A stretch of 64,000 nt of DNA from an uncultured Thermoleophilia bacterium (GTDB lineage: Bacteria; Actinomycetota; Thermoleophilia; UBA2241). The DNA is taken from NCBI GenBank assembly GCA_963739595.1, contig CAVUBA010000005.1, positions 24,631 through 88,630 of the forward strand. Reading direction: 5' to 3'. A model generated the notes under the pieces. It searched no databases. It was not told the origin of the DNA and saw only the letters and a list, made by a program, of their open reading frames with translations. The translations under genes and the position numbers were made by a program. Of the stretch, positions 63,221-64,000 are shown one piece after another (positions within the stretch are counted from its first letter, which is position 1; the number at the start of each line of letters is the position of its first letter).

Positions 63221-64000
63221 GCGGCGTCACGCCGCCGTGCGCGGACGCCGAGACGCCCGGGCGTCGCGTGCGCGCCGCGTTGAAGAAGCGCACGAACGCG
63301 TCGGCGTCGATGAAGCCGAGCAGGCGTCCGCCCTCGTCCACGACCACGGCCCGGTCCGTCGCTCCGTCGCGCAGCAGCCGCAGGACGTCGGCCGCCTTGG
63401 TCTCCGGGGTGACCGCCGGCAACTTGAGCGCCGGCGTCATGACGTCGCGCACGCGGTCGTTGGCGGAGCGCTCGTTCGCGGTCCGCTGCAGGTCGCGCAC
63501 GCACATCAGGCCGCCGTACTCGGCCGCCGGGTCCTCGGACGCCACCGGCAGGCAGCGTGTCTCCCAGTCGAGCAACCTGTCCTTGGCGGCCCAGTCCAGG
63601 GTCGTGTACGGCGAGAGCCAGCTCTCGCGCCGTCGTCATGAGCCGCGCCACCGTCACCCCGGTGAGCAGGTGATCCATCTCCGTCTGCCGGGAGGTGGCG
63701 CGCGCCGCCTGGATCAGCAGCCACCCGACGAAGATCAGGAAGATGCCTCCGAGGCCGCGGGCCAGCACCAGCTGCGCGGCCCCCAGGGCGATGAAGCCCC
63801 AGGCGAAGACCTGGCCGACCACCGCGGCCCGCCGCGTGGCGCGCACCACATCGTGCGAGATCCGCCAGAGGAGGGCGCGAAGCACCCGGCCGCCGTCGAG
63901 CGGGAAGCCGGGGAGGAGGTTGAACACGACCAGGGCGAGGTTGGTGACGCCGAGGTAGGCGAGCACGGCGACGACCGGCTGCGGCCCCGGCAGGACGTAG
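63207..64000 (-). CDS. site-2 (M50) metalloprotease with CBS pair, 5' partial (frame break near 63620)
   Basis: ...NLALVVFNLLPGFPLDGGRVLRALLW... (the M50 NxxPxxxLDG motif) and a TM segment, then CBS-like ...VRDVMTPALKLPAVTPETKAADVLRLL....RAVVVDEGGRLLGFI... in the frame of ORF 63207..63575. The N-terminus lies beyond the window. Confidence 0.7.

Overview
Very GC-rich (by eye about 70% G+C) bacterial chromosomal segment with Actinomycetota-like gene content. I call about 60 protein-coding genes. I recognised no rRNA, tRNA, CRISPR array, transposase or integrase. The most interesting item is a full-length dimethylamine methyltransferase homologue (mtbB, 3061-4468). Its frame is interrupted by one in-frame TAG (4121-4123) at the position where MtbB enzymes carry pyrrolysine. 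An APC-family permease lies just upstream, and a TAG-free MttB-superfamily methyltransferase lies at 57288-58769. No pyl genes or corrinoid protein are in the window, and TAG also serves as an ordinary stop for at least eight neighbouring genes. Other content: a ten-gene minus-strand Fe-S/flavin redox cluster (11894-22059) with NuoE/NuoF/NuoG-like, NfnA/NfnB-like and [FeFe]-hydrogenase-like proteins, two DRTGG proteins and a GHKL ATPase; a B12-type diol dehydratase read as a fused large+medium subunit plus a small subunit; lutABC; a polar amino-acid ABC transporter; PPK2, dodecin, peroxiredoxin, SulP and MFS transporters; a PGRP-type amidase with FlgD-Ig repeats; an XRE/ImmA-like regulator divergent from a pair of conserved unknown genes; a UvrD-like helicase next to HD and macro domain genes; and a Cas4-like nuclease. 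About 40 reading-frame breaks (single-base indels, inferred by hand from homology continuing in another frame) are scattered through the window. They are roughly five times denser in the redox cluster than elsewhere. I cannot tell assembly error from real gene decay using sequence alone. All coordinates, starts and frameshift positions are manual estimates.
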